From the NCBI GenBank assembly GCA_965215275.1, contig OZ244044.1, forward strand, positions 1,312,001 to 1,376,000: 64,000 bases of DNA, in the 5' to 3' direction. A program made the position numbers and the translations under genes. Positions 1 to 9,800 of the stretch are shown in pieces. The first letter of the stretch is position 1; each line of letters opens with the position of its first letter. Under the pieces are notes generated by a model. The model made no database searches. It saw nothing but the letters and a program-made list of their open reading frames with translations, and was not told the DNA's origin. The stretch is from Thermodesulfobacteriota bacterium (GTDB taxonomy: Bacteria > Desulfobacterota_D > UBA1144 > Nemesobacterales > JAJCZQ01).

Positions 1-565
1 TTTTCTGATTGATTATCGTGTCGATAGCGATCGCCGTCCTGCCGGTCTGTCTGTCCCCCAGTATGAGTTCTCTCTGTCCCTTGCCTATCGGGATCATTGC
101 GTCGATGGCCTTGATGCCGGTCTGAAGGGGTTCCTTAACGGACTGTCTGTAAACGACCCCGGGAGCTTTAACCTCTATCTGCCGTGTTTCCGTGGTGCTT
201 ATCTCTCCTTTCCCGTCAATAGGGGCTCCAAGTGCGTCTATTACCCTGCCTTTCATGGCCTCTCCGACGGGTATCTCCGCGATCTTGCCGGTACGCTTTA
301 CCAGGTCACCTTGAGCGACTTCCGTGTCTTCTCCAAAAAGGGCAATACCGACGTTGTCTTCTTCCAGGTTGAGCACAAGACCTGAAAGTCCGCTTTTAAA
401 CTCCACGAGCTCCCCCGCCTTGACCTGATCAAGTCCGTACGCTCTTACGATACCGTCGCCGACCGACAGCACCGTGCCGACCTCCGAAGTATCGACTTTT
501 TCATCGTACCCTTTTATCCTGTTTCCCAGTATCTTGCCAATGTCTTCAACCGTTAATTCGTTCAT
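1..565 (-). CDS. atpA: F0F1 ATP synthase subunit alpha, 5' part (runs off left edge)
   Basis: Manual translation from ATG at 565: [13 protein letters not shown]...[16 protein letters not shown]...LNLEEDNVG...[44 protein letters not shown]; follows atpH. Confidence 0.97.
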   Translation of the reverse strand, partial: MNELTVEDIGKILGNRIKGYDEKVDTSEVGTVLSVGDGIVRAYGLDQVKAGELVEFKSGLSGLVLNLEEDNVGIALFGEDTEVAQGDLVKRTGKIAEIPVGEAMKGRVIDALGAPIDGKGEISTTETRQIEVKAPGVVYRQSVKEPLQTGIKAIDAMIPIGKGQRELILGDRQTGRTAIAIDTIINQK

Positions 566-595
566 GGTCAAACTCCTTGCTCAAAGTATGTGTTC

Positions 596-1135
596 CTACA
601 AAGTCAGTACCGACTGAAGTTTTTCCAGCCGGGTCTTTATACTGTTGTCGTAAACCCTGTTCTCTATTTTGGTTATGAGTCCCCCGATAATGGAGACGTC
701 CACGTTAATGTCTACCTCCACGTCCTTTCCGGTCGTTCTGCTCAAAGCCCCTTTGATCCTGCTCAGTTCATCTTCGGTCAGGACCCTTGCCGAGGTGACC
801 TCCGCCTTCAGTTTTCCAGCCGCCCGGTCGAGTTTTCTCATGATCGGGTCTTTTCTGTTCAGCATGGTACTGAGTTTACCCAGCTCGCATACCAGCATCA
901 GAAAGTTCCTTGTTTCCCTGACCAGACCCAGTTTACCGGACACGTCAGAGATTATGTTCTTTCTTTCGTCCACCTCGAACGCCGTGGTGATAAGGATATT
1001 TCGCAGTTCCTCGTTCCCGGATAACAGGTCGAAGAACGTCTTCAGGTCCGAGGTTACGGTTTCAAGGCTGCCGTTTTCCAGACCCGCTTTGGTCAAGGCG
1101 TCGCAGATGTCTCTTAACGTAGCTATTGAAGCCAT
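596..1135 (-). CDS. atpH: ATP synthase F1 subunit delta
   Basis: C-terminal EVTSA...VDVSIIGGLITKIENRVYDNSIKTRL motif; position between atpF and atpA. Confidence 0.93.
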   Translation of the reverse strand: MASIATLRDICDALTKAGLENGSLETVTSDLKTFFDLLSGNEELRNILITTAFEVDERKNIISDVSGKLGLVRETRNFLMLVCELGKLSTMLNRKDPIMRKLDRAAGKLKAEVTSARVLTEDELSRIKGALSRTTGKDVEVDINVDVSIIGGLITKIENRVYDNSIKTRLEKLQSVLTL

Positions 1136-1617
1136 TTACCTTCCTCTATCCGTGATACTAATTTATCAACGGACCCTGAGTTATACACGTCACCCATTTC
1201 TTCCCTTATTAACTTTTCTGCAAGTTCCATTGAACTTACGATTACCTCTTCCTGTATTTTCTGCTTTGCCCTGAACGTTTCAAGTTCAATGGTTTCCGTG
1301 GTCTCCTTCTTTATTAATTCGCAGGTTTTCTTGGCCTGTGCCATGATCTCTTTCTTTTCGTTCTCACCCATTTCCCGTATTGAACTTATCAGTGACGCGG
1401 TTTCGGCTTCAAGACCGTCCAGTTTTTTTGAGTACTCCTCAAACCTTTTCCTTGCATCGTTCATCTCGACCTTTGCCCTGTCGATCTCCCTGCTCAGATT
1501 TGACCTTCTTCTTTCCAGGGCTTTTTTTATCGGGTCCTTGGAAAAGTAGGCGATTATCCCGATCAGGATCAGAAGATTGAGAGCGTGCTTTATTACAAAG
1601 GACCAGTCCAAGTTCAA
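1123..1617 (-). CDS. atpF: ATP synthase F0 subunit b
   Basis: N-terminal TM helix, then P-I-x-x-A-L-E-R-R and a long coiled coil; operon context. Confidence 0.9.
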   Translation of the reverse strand: MNLDWSFVIKHALNLLILIGIIAYFSKDPIKKALERRRSNLSREIDRAKVEMNDARKRFEEYSKKLDGLEAETASLISSIREMGENEKKEIMAQAKKTCELIKKETTETIELETFRAKQKIQEEVIVSSMELAEKLIREEMGDVYNSGSVDKLVSRIEEGKWLQ

Positions 1618-2114
1618 ACCTCCTTACCGAGGATTTTTGAGGTGACCTCTCTTGCAAGACCTTCTATCTCTGGCCTTATCCTCTCTTTGGTTTTTTTAAC
1701 CTGAAAGTCCAGGTCTTCCTTATAGGTTTCCACGAGTGCCTGTGACTTCCCTCTTATTTCCTGTATCATTTCGTCTGCGGCCTGCTGGGCCTGATTTCTT
1801 ATTTCTGCTCTTTGTTCGTTCGCGGCTGTCCTCGCCTCTTCTATCTGTCCATTGTATTTCCTGATCAGTTCTTCCGTTCTTTCCGTCAGCCGTTTTGCCT
1901 CGTCCAGTGACCCCGAGGTGAGGTCTTTACGCCTTTTTAGAAGCGTAAGCAGCGGCCTGAATATCAGCGAGTTCAGTATATACATCGCGGCAATTATAAT
2001 AATTCCCTGAACGACGATAGTTTTATCAACGGTCAGAAGGTCCCCTCCCGCCGCGTGAGAGTTTTCTGCCGCGATCAGAAATACAGGTCCTGCAAGATAT
2101 AATATCCTTTTCAT
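1614..2114 (-). CDS. atpF: ATP synthase F0 subunit b'
   Basis: TM helix followed by LIFRPLL and a coiled coil; overlaps the next b subunit by 4 bp. Confidence 0.88.
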   Translation of the reverse strand: MKRILYLAGPVFLIAAENSHAAGGDLLTVDKTIVVQGIIIIAAMYILNSLIFRPLLTLLKRRKDLTSGSLDEAKRLTERTEELIRKYNGQIEEARTAANEQRAEIRNQAQQAADEMIQEIRGKSQALVETYKEDLDFQVKKTKERIRPEIEGLAREVTSKILGKEV

Positions 2115-2152
2115 TTAATCCTTAATATTCTTTTAAAATACAGCTTTGGTCT

Positions 2153-3418
2153 TTATTCTAATTGCTTCTGTCCGTTGCTTCTCAAAACGATTTGCAACAG
2201 AGGTGGTGCTATAAAAGTCGTCAGCATTACCATGACGGTTACGGCTGAGAACATTTTCAAATCAAAAATCCCATAGTCTAACCCAACCTGTGCAAAAATC
2301 AACCCGACTTCTCCTCGCGGTATCATCCCTATTCCTACCGCCTTGGAGTTGATCCGTTTATCGGTCACGGCGTAGCCGCTTATATATTTCCCGATCATTG
2401 CCAGAACGAACAGTATAAGTGCTATTGAGAGTATATTTCCACCATCTGGCGCGAACGGGTTAAAGGCAAGAATATCCACCTTCGCTCCGACCATAACGAA
2501 AAATATCGGCGTGAAAAAATCAGACACGGGTTTCAGGTTATGTTCGATCGTCTTGAACTGATCCGTTCTTCGAAGCACCAGTCCGGCGGCAAAGGCTCCG
2601 ACTATCGGAGCAAGTCCCATCAGGCTGGCGGCGTATGAATATAAAAAGGCAAAGGCGACCGCGGAAAGTAATAAGACCCCCCGGACCTTTAATTTACTTA
2701 TGAAGTCAAAAAGCCATCTGCATATCAGGTTACCGGCTATAATTGCCGCAACGAGGAACCCGAATGATTTGATTATCGTGACGGTTAAACCCAGCATGGA
2801 CACTCCACCGCCGGTGCCACTGTTAAATGCTTCGATCAGTCCGCTTACCACGCCGAGTATTATCAGTCCTATGATGTCGTCAACTACCGCGGCACCGAGG
2901 ATTATCTGGGACTCCGTCGTGTTGAGCTTGTCCATGTCCGAGAGCACGCGGGCCGTGATACCAACGCTCGTTGCGGTCAGGGTCGCACCGGTGGTAATGG
3001 CTATTATCGTGGTGAGCTGGTCACTGGTGTTAAGTAGCCCGAACTTCTGAAATGCCACGATGCTGAAAAATCCGAGGAAAAAAGGAGCAACTATACCAAC
3101 TATTGCCACCAGGGTCGACTGGGGACCTACTTTTACCAGATCTCTTATATTGGTTTCAAGTCCTATTTCAAAAAGCAGTATTGCCAGTCCTACTTCCGCA
3201 AGAAGATGGAAGGTCTCGTAGCCCGTCTGTCCGGCCGAGGTCGGTACAATGGCAAGTATACTTCCGCCAAGGATAATGCCGGCTATTAATTCTCCCAGTA
3301 CGGCGGGGAGTTTCATTCTTTCAAAAAGTTCACCCAGGGCTTTGGCTACAATGAGTATCACGGCCAGGATGAGAATGAACTTTTCTACGGTTAAATGATG
3401 TGCCTCTTCTATTATCAA
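2153..3418 (-). CDS. cation:proton antiporter (CPA2 family)
   Basis: Multi-TM protein with PAVLGELIAGIILG, ATSVGITARVL, AAVVDD and GMIPRGEVGLIFA motifs. Confidence 0.92.
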   Translation of the reverse strand: MIIEEAHHLTVEKFILILAVILIVAKALGELFERMKLPAVLGELIAGIILGGSILAIVPTSAGQTGYETFHLLAEVGLAILLFEIGLETNIRDLVKVGPQSTLVAIVGIVAPFFLGFFSIVAFQKFGLLNTSDQLTTIIAITTGATLTATSVGITARVLSDMDKLNTTESQIILGAAVVDDIIGLIILGVVSGLIEAFNSGTGGGVSMLGLTVTIIKSFGFLVAAIIAGNLICRWLFDFISKLKVRGVLLLSAVAFAFLYSYAASLMGLAPIVGAFAAGLVLRRTDQFKTIEHNLKPVSDFFTPIFFVMVGAKVDILAFNPFAPDGGNILSIALILFVLAMIGKYISGYAVTDKRINSKAVGIGMIPRGEVGLIFAQVGLDYGIFDLKMFSAVTVMVMLTTFIAPPLLQIVLRSNGQKQLE

Positions 3419-3554
3419 TTATATACCCTGTGAGTTTGTTCAGATACCTTGATTTTAAGAGGTAAATTTTTACCTAATTGGAAATTGTAGTCAATAAGGT
3501 CTGCCCCGTCCTGAAAATGATCACGCTGCCTGACTTTTACCTCTTCAGGGCGGG

Positions 3555-4799
3555 TTAACTGGCCGTCTCTCTGCAGCCTCCTTCCCTGATTATTTTCTCT
3601 ATTTCATATCCGGAGGCAATAACCGCTATCATAGAGATCAGCCTGACGGACTGAGGTACTTCATTAAAACATCCCACGGTATTAAAAAAAGGTTCAAATG
3701 TCATACCTTTTGAGTTGAGGTTCTCGTTTTCATTTTTCTCTTCGTTAACTCTGAAAAATCCTCCTGAGACCTCATCGTTCACCAGATAGACCACGGGTTC
3801 TGCAAAGCTTCCTTCTCCGGTTTTCATTATGGTGGGTACGGCTTCCTGCAGGACGACGTCCCTGACGGGTTTTCCGCCTTTTGTGACCCTGAGTCTTTTT
3901 CTGTCGCCTGCGTTCATCAAGGCTATTGACTCCGCGTCCGTGATACTTACCACTCCCATTCCGTAGGTACCTGAATTGCTTTTGATGAAAAGCGTCGGGG
4001 CATATTCTATCCCTCTGTTCTCATACTGCTGTTTCATAACGGAAAGCTGATGCTTTGCGAGCTTGTATACTTTTTTCCTGTCGTCGGAATAATCAAAGTT
4101 AACGTCCCTGATCAGCTGTGTTTCTATGCTGATGGTCCAGGGGTCGATCTTCAGTATTTTTGCCGCCTCCGACGCAAGTGAGTTATAAAATTCAAAGTGT
4201 ACGTCCTTACGTCTGGTGTGCCAGCCCATTTCAACCGGTGGTTCCACGGGCTGGACGGTGTCTCTCAGGTTTTTCGGGCATTTTTCGGAAAAATCATTGT
4301 TAAGCAGTATCACGTCAGGACAAAATCCCTCGACAAAAGTCCTGTGGGCTTTGTTCCTGACCTTGTTTGCAACTACTTCCCCGCCGCTGGAGGTGGCAAA
4401 CCTGGCACTGTCCACTTCAAGGTCCTCGTCCACTATACCAACTCGGACCTCGTATCCCGTATTCTGCAAGATCGCCTCAAGCGTTCTTATGTTTTCCCAG
4501 TAAAATCTGTTTTTAGTGTGAAGTTCGGGGATTATCAGTATTTTTTCGGCATTTGGATATTTGGAATTCAGCGCCTTCCTGAACAGTTTTCCCGTTTTAA
4601 CTCGAAAGTCTTCGGTAAGATTGTTAAATCCCGCCGGGAATATATTTGTATCAACGGGAACGATCTTTGAGTCTGAAACCCTTATATCCACTGAAGAGTA
4701 AAGGGGAATAAGGATATTTTTCAAATGTCCTTCCATCCATTTCTTTAACTCGGGGGAATGGACCTGTGTTTTACGGTTCAGCTGTTCTATTATTTCCAT
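3555..4799 (-). CDS. gshA: glutamate--cysteine ligase (ATP-grasp-like GshA type)
   Basis: PLYSSVDIR, PVDTNIFPAGFNNL, LLNNDFS, GWHTRRK, KSNSGTYGMGV and ENLNSKGMTF motifs; gshB is also in the window. Confidence 0.9.
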   Translation of the reverse strand: MEIIEQLNRKTQVHSPELKKWMEGHLKNILIPLYSSVDIRVSDSKIVPVDTNIFPAGFNNLTEDFRVKTGKLFRKALNSKYPNAEKILIIPELHTKNRFYWENIRTLEAILQNTGYEVRVGIVDEDLEVDSARFATSSGGEVVANKVRNKAHRTFVEGFCPDVILLNNDFSEKCPKNLRDTVQPVEPPVEMGWHTRRKDVHFEFYNSLASEAAKILKIDPWTISIETQLIRDVNFDYSDDRKKVYKLAKHQLSVMKQQYENRGIEYAPTLFIKSNSGTYGMGVVSITDAESIALMNAGDRKRLRVTKGGKPVRDVVLQEAVPTIMKTGEGSFAEPVVYLVNDEVSGGFFRVNEEKNENENLNSKGMTFEPFFNTVGCFNEVPQSVRLISMIAVIASGYEIEKIIREGGCRETAS

Positions 4800-4943
4800 A
4801 AAGTTAATGAAAAAGTCCTTTTTTGATGAATTTATCAGTATTGTAGTCAGTAGTTACAAACATTCAATAATTTACTGGGAACGAGTGTTTGTCTGTGACC
4901 AATATTATAGCTATAGGCTGCTTGGGAATTCTGACAGAGAACC

Positions 4944-4971
4944 TTGACAGGGTTATAGCCATTATTACCTT
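4944..4971 (+). promoter_or_regulatory. putative sigma70 promoter of the CBASS operon
   Basis: TTGACA (4944-4949), 16 nt spacer, TACCTT; AAGGAGG RBS precedes ATG 5018. Confidence 0.35.
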
Positions 4972-5017
4972 GATATATAAGGTTATCCAAACTTTATTAT
5001 ATAAGGAGGCGTTAATT

Positions 5018-5875
5018 ATGGCAGATATAACAATATCAGAAGAACAATTGAAAACTTGGGCAAGATACATTCAGTTAAATAAAAATGCTGAAACATACGA
5101 AAAGGTTAAAGAAATTTTTCGCGATAAATCTTTTAACTATTCAAAGGACTATGAAATTTACCTACAAGGTTCGGTAGCAAACTGTACTAATATATGGGCA
5201 GATGGGGATATTGATATAATTTTTCAATTTAATAGTACTTTTTGCTATGAATATGAATATCGTCCTAGTATCTATAACAATCCAAGCGATTATACACAAC
5301 GACAATTAAGACAAGATATAAAAAACACTTTAGATGAACAATCTATATCTTATGAAGAAAGAAATAAATGTATCAAATTATTTCTTGGGTATGACGAGTG
5401 GCAAGATGTAGATTTGGTTCCTTGTTTTCAGTATAGAAAACATTATGGACCTGAGATAGATCAATATGATGAAGGAATCGCAATAGAAACATTAAATGGA
5501 GATTTAATAATTAATTATCCAAAACAGCACAAAGAAAATGGAGAGCAAAAAAATAAAAGAAGTCATTATAAAAGTATGGTAAGAATTTTTAAAAATATAA
5601 GGAATAAGTTGGTTGAGGAAAATATAATTGATGAGGATTTAGCTCCTTCTTATTTTATAGAATGTTTAGTCTACAATATTTGGGATTCTGAATTTAATGC
5701 AAATAGCTTTCGGTCTGCTTTGTGTAACTGTTTAAATTGGTTGTGTAAATATGATTTACAAGGTCTAACGTGTCAGAATAAAATTACTTATCTTTTTGGT
5801 GATGAGAAAACGCAATGGGATTTACATGATTGTAAAAAATTTATAAATGAAGTCATAAAATATGTTACAAAATGA
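5018..5875 (+). CDS. cdnE: CBASS cGAS/DncV-like nucleotidyltransferase, CdnE-like
   Basis: Start moved to ATG 5018 after AAGGAGG. Motifs: ISEEQLKTW N-terminus, YLQGS..N.TNI..DGDID, third Asp in DVDLVPC, IINYPKQHKENG, YKSMVRIFKN.RN, APSYFIECLVYN. Confidence 0.9.
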   Translation: MADITISEEQLKTWARYIQLNKNAETYEKVKEIFRDKSFNYSKDYEIYLQGSVANCTNIWADGDIDIIFQFNSTFCYEYEYRPSIYNNPSDYTQRQLRQDIKNTLDEQSISYEERNKCIKLFLGYDEWQDVDLVPCFQYRKHYGPEIDQYDEGIAIETLNGDLIINYPKQHKENGEQKNKRSHYKSMVRIFKNIRNKLVEENIIDEDLAPSYFIECLVYNIWDSEFNANSFRSALCNCLNWLCKYDLQGLTCQNKITYLFGDEKTQWDLHDCKKFINEVIKYVTK

Positions 5876-6447
5876 AATATACAAAAAACAATGGAACAAT
5901 AGAATATTATATTTTTTTGGTGTCATACATAATTGTTATTTCTTTGTTTTATTCCCTCAAAAAACTATTAGCACCATATATAGATGAATTTATATATATT
6001 TTAATTTTTCCTGTCTCATCTCTTCTTATTAACTATTTCACATTATTTAACTTACTATCAAAATACTTTTTTAAACTCCCTTACTTAAAAAAATCAGTAG
6101 TGAACTTCAACGGCGAATGGAAAGTAAAAGGAGAGAGTAGTTATAATACTGGAAAATCTTTTGGTGGAACAATAAAAATTAAGCAAACTCTAACAGACAT
6201 ATCAGTCAACGCTTTTTTTAAAAAATCTAAGAGCAAAGCTATTAGTTGTCATGTTTTAAAAGAAAACGATAAAGAACAATTAATCTATAATTACTTTAAT
6301 TATCCACAAAACAGAGCAGGTAAATTGGACAAACATCATGGTACAGTTGTTTTAGAAAAGTTAGGGGATAATGAGTTACAAGGAGATTATTTTACTGATA
6401 GAAAACCACAAACAAAAGGAACTTTTAAACTTAAAAAAGTAAAATAG
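5872..6447 (+). CDS. cap15: CBASS Cap15-like effector (2 TM + beta-barrel, S-2TMbeta)
   Basis: Two N-terminal TM segments, then NFNGEWK...IKIKQT...LIYNYFNYP...HHGTVVL...LQGDYFTDR..TKGTF; ATGA overlap with the cyclase. Confidence 0.88.
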   Translation: MKYTKNNGTIEYYIFLVSYIIVISLFYSLKKLLAPYIDEFIYILIFPVSSLLINYFTLFNLLSKYFFKLPYLKKSVVNFNGEWKVKGESSYNTGKSFGGTIKIKQTLTDISVNAFFKKSKSKAISCHVLKENDKEQLIYNYFNYPQNRAGKLDKHHGTVVLEKLGDNELQGDYFTDRKPQTKGTFKLKKVK

Positions 6448-6557
6448 TTGTATACTACTATGCTGAAGTTTAAACAACTTCTTCTCTCACTTCTTTTATC
6501 AATTTTTATTTTTGTCTTTTAATTCAAATGCTTTTTGGAGAATTATATACTTATAAT

Positions 6558-6902
6558 ATGCAAGGGTTTATCGGTAAACATGCAGATGATAGATCTACAG
6601 TTTATGCAGACGATTATAAAAGCTATGAGGATATGAGTTTTAATCATAAGACCGTAAAACACAGCGTTGGAGAATTTGTAAACAGACAAGTTCATGTTAA
6701 TGGTGTAAAATCTTTCTGGGATTTGTTAAAAAGAGGATATTACGGAACTTTCCACCATATTAGTCCTAAATGTTTACATAGATACGTTAATGAATTTGCC
6801 AATCGGCGCAATTTGCGGAAATACGATACTGAAAAGATGATGCAAGAGATATACGCTTCAATGATCGGGAAACGCTTAATGTATGAAGATTTAATTGCTT
6901 AA
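6558..6902 (+). pseudogene. IS1595-family DDE transposase, C-terminal remnant
   Basis: QGFI...STVYADD...HKTVKHSVGEFV...HVNGVKSFW.LLKRGYYGTFHHISPK.LHRYVNEF..R.N; N-terminal Zn-ribbon/HTH part absent; Lys stands where the family has the catalytic Glu (NGIESFW). Confidence 0.88.
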
Positions 6903-6945
6903 TGGTTGTTTAGTGTGTAATAATTTTACTTAAGGAGAGGACACA

Positions 6946-7032
6946 ATGACCAAGAGGCATTTTTATCTACTACCGCCTATTGATGCTTCAACAGAGCAAA
7001 TAGCTCGTGCTTTATTTACGCCAAGAAAGTAA
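6946..7032 (+). CDS. small ORF (28 aa) downstream of the IS1595 transposase
   Basis: AAGGAGAGG RBS then MTKRHFYLLPPIDASTEQIARALFTPRK*; below the ORF track's length cut-off. Confidence 0.4.
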   Translation: MTKRHFYLLPPIDASTEQIARALFTPRK

Positions 7033-7184
7033 TCTGATCAAGTAAAGAAAGAGAACAATAACGAGGGCAAAGTTCGGTTCTCAAATAAAAATAATAAAGC
7101 AGGTTGAAAGCGTAAACGCCAAAAACAATGTAGTAGAAATTTATTACTTAATTATGCGGTCCTACTGCTTCTTTGTTTAATCTG

Positions 7185-8537
7185 ATGCGACAACATCTAT
7201 TCAAAACCAATACTAAAGATACTTCAATAGAAAACATCATAGAAGAAATTACAAAAAAGACTTCTAATGTTTTATCTATACCTAAAGACAAAGAGGGTAA
7301 CGGTGGGAATCATTTTGGATATTGGATGCAGACTTTAGCCGATGTACAATTTTTAGATATGGAGTTATCTGGATTAAGTGAAAATTATAAAATTGATACT
7401 ATAAAACATCAAGTTTACTTTAACAACAATAAAAATAATAAAGATACTGATTTTATAAAAGATAGAATAGCACATTTGGATACAGTTAATGGAGAAGGGA
7501 CATTGTATTCAGAATTGACTGATCTATTTGGAGATACAAATGCTTATGCTTTTCATAATTTATATCCATATAAAGGCAAGTTTTATCCAAGAATTGTTCG
7601 TGCTATTGCCAACGCTTTTAGACTGAATAAAAAACATTTGGTATTAGACCCTTATAACGGATGTGGAACTACAACACATGAGTGCGGTATTATGGGGATT
7701 AAGAGTATAGGGATAGATATTAATCCGATAGGGAATATAATCGCTTCTCTCAAAAATGAACTTCCCTCTTGTAATGAAAATATGTTTTGTTTATCTGATA
7801 AGCAAATTTTAGATATATACACTTCTTTAAAAGAAAAAACCATAAGTTTAAGAAAAACAAAAAATGTCTTATATAAGTTGTTGCTACTTATATATTTTGA
7901 TACGGTTGATGCTTTTGTAAGAACCACACGATACAATAAAAAAGGTGAGTTAGGTCTTTTTATTGAGAAATTTAATTACATAAAAGATTGCCATTTGAAG
8001 TTTAGGCAATTTTTAAAAAATAAAAACCTACATTACCAGAAGTCTAATTTAATAGAAGGTAATGTGCTTGATTTGAAGAAATCAGGAATTGAGGATGATT
8101 CAATAGATGCCATTATTACATCACCGCCTTATTATTTTTCATTAGATTACGTTGGAAAGGACAAAATTGCTTATGATTACTTAAATGACATACGCTTTTT
8201 TAATTATTCAATGAACGATGTTAAAAATGAGTATCTGGGTATGAAAACTAAAAAAGATGTTCTTGCAAAAAGACTCTTGGAAAAAAGAGTTATTACTTAT
8301 TTTATGGATTTAGATACTTCAATTAGAGAAATGGCAAGGGTTCTAAAAAGAGAGGGTAAGGTAGCTATTGTGATTGGTGATAGTTCTTTAGAGGGTAATA
8401 AATTACCCACAACTCAAAAAACACATCAATCTTGTCTTAAATATGGATTAAAACATATTAGAACAATTTTTAATCCATTACTTGGCACCAGAAATAGAGC
8501 TATTCGTGGAGAGAGCGTATTGTTATATGTGAAATAA
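7185..8537 (+). CDS. DNA amino-methyltransferase, probably N4-cytosine (alpha-type motif order)
   Basis: HNLYPYKGKFYP, SAM-binding LDPYNGCGTT, GIDINP, catalytic ITSPPY, ARVLKREG; start uncertain (TTG 7173 or ATG 7185). Confidence 0.9.
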   Translation: MRQHLFKTNTKDTSIENIIEEITKKTSNVLSIPKDKEGNGGNHFGYWMQTLADVQFLDMELSGLSENYKIDTIKHQVYFNNNKNNKDTDFIKDRIAHLDTVNGEGTLYSELTDLFGDTNAYAFHNLYPYKGKFYPRIVRAIANAFRLNKKHLVLDPYNGCGTTTHECGIMGIKSIGIDINPIGNIIASLKNELPSCNENMFCLSDKQILDIYTSLKEKTISLRKTKNVLYKLLLLIYFDTVDAFVRTTRYNKKGELGLFIEKFNYIKDCHLKFRQFLKNKNLHYQKSNLIEGNVLDLKKSGIEDDSIDAIITSPPYYFSLDYVGKDKIAYDYLNDIRFFNYSMNDVKNEYLGMKTKKDVLAKRLLEKRVITYFMDLDTSIREMARVLKREGKVAIVIGDSSLEGNKLPTTQKTHQSCLKYGLKHIRTIFNPLLGTRNRAIRGESVLLYVK

Positions 8538-8567
8538 ATTTGCTTCTTTAGATTAAAAAATAGCAAA

Positions 8568-9800
8568 ATGAAACGTAATATTCTCACTCTTCGAGATAAG
8601 TCTTATCTTTGCAACAGTGACAAACTTCTTTATGATCCTTACAAAAATATTGTTACAGAATTTTACAAGTTAGCGACAGATAAAGGAGCCAATGCTTTTG
8701 ATGTTGTTGCCCGTGAATTTAATGGCATTAACAGGGCTGAAATAAACATTCGTCATTACTATGAAGCGTTATTAGGTGTTACTTCTTATTTTCAAGCCTC
8801 AAAAGGTGGACGAGGAAAATATATCGAAAAGAAATTAGCTTCAGTATCAGATACTTGTTCTCTTGATAATAAAATAAGCGAACTTCCAAAATTAATACTA
8901 CATACTAATTTAGTTAGAAAGCACAAGTTATTTGGACAGAAAAGGCTAAGTAACGAAGAAAAAGAATCATTAAGACTTTGTGAGTGGGATTTTATTGGTA
9001 ATAGTAGGAATAAAGATCAAACAACAGACTTATGTAATTTATTTATAGATGAACACTTGATTTCATATTTAGAATTAAAAAACAGAGTGGACTCTGGAGG
9101 AACTTCAGCAAGAAGAGAAATTTTTGATAACAAATTCAGAGGTATTTTAGAACATTTTATAAATCCTAATCCTATCTTTAAATTAAGAAATAAAGAATAC
9201 ACTCTACCAGATTTTTATCAGCACTTTGGACTTAAAAAGATTAAAATTGCACTTGGAATATTATTTGACACTGAAGGAAATATTGCTACAAAAGAAAGTG
9301 ATCAGAGATTTGGATTCTACTCTTCAAGTAAAGAGGGATTCGCAAATCTTCTAGTATTTTTAAGAAAAAATAATTTAGATACAATATATACAGAAGAAAG
9401 TCTTTTCATTAGATTAAAAAGTGATTTTTCCATTGAAATAAAAAATCTTTATGGAAACCAAATATCTGAACACCTCTTTCACAAAAAAATTGATTTGAAT
9501 TCCTTAATCAAAAATAAGTATGATGACATATGGCTTTTCCAATTACTTACCATTGATGAAAGGCATCATTTATTGAAGTATAACAAAAATGTTACATTAG
9601 AATTAACTAGACAAATCGAAGCAGATTTTAATTTCAGAAAAGTTTTAAACGACTTTATTAATCAAAATGGAAAAGATATAAAAATATTAGAATTTTTTAT
9701 CAATAAATTACAAGTTGATAAAAAATTAATTCCCACAGGTAGGAACATCAAAGAATATTTAACAGATGTTCTATACTTTATAAGTGCTAATGATACATAA
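8568..9800 (+). CDS. putative type II restriction endonuclease
   Basis: Directly follows the MTase, AT-rich; TTDL...YLELKNRVDSGG fits a PD-(D/E)XK active site. Confidence 0.6.
   Translation: MKRNILTLRDKSYLCNSDKLLYDPYKNIVTEFYKLATDKGANAFDVVAREFNGINRAEINIRHYYEALLGVTSYFQASKGGRGKYIEKKLASVSDTCSLDNKISELPKLILHTNLVRKHKLFGQKRLSNEEKESLRLCEWDFIGNSRNKDQTTDLCNLFIDEHLISYLELKNRVDSGGTSARREIFDNKFRGILEHFINPNPIFKLRNKEYTLPDFYQHFGLKKIKIALGILFDTEGNIATKESDQRFGFYSSSKEGFANLLVFLRKNNLDTIYTEESLFIRLKSDFSIEIKNLYGNQISEHLFHKKIDLNSLIKNKYDDIWLFQLLTIDERHHLLKYNKNVTLELTRQIEADFNFRKVLNDFINQNGKDIKILEFFINKLQVDKKLIPTGRNIKEYLTDVLYFISANDT

Noticed and set aside
590..1657. Alternative-frame and antisense ORFs over the atp genes, and the many similar short ORFs elsewhere in the track
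   Set aside because: They overlap well-supported genes and have no recognisable motifs; treated as shadow ORFs
4889..5017. N-terminal extension of the CD-NTase given in the ORF track
   Set aside because: A strong RBS, promoter-like sequence and the family N-terminus point to ATG 5018
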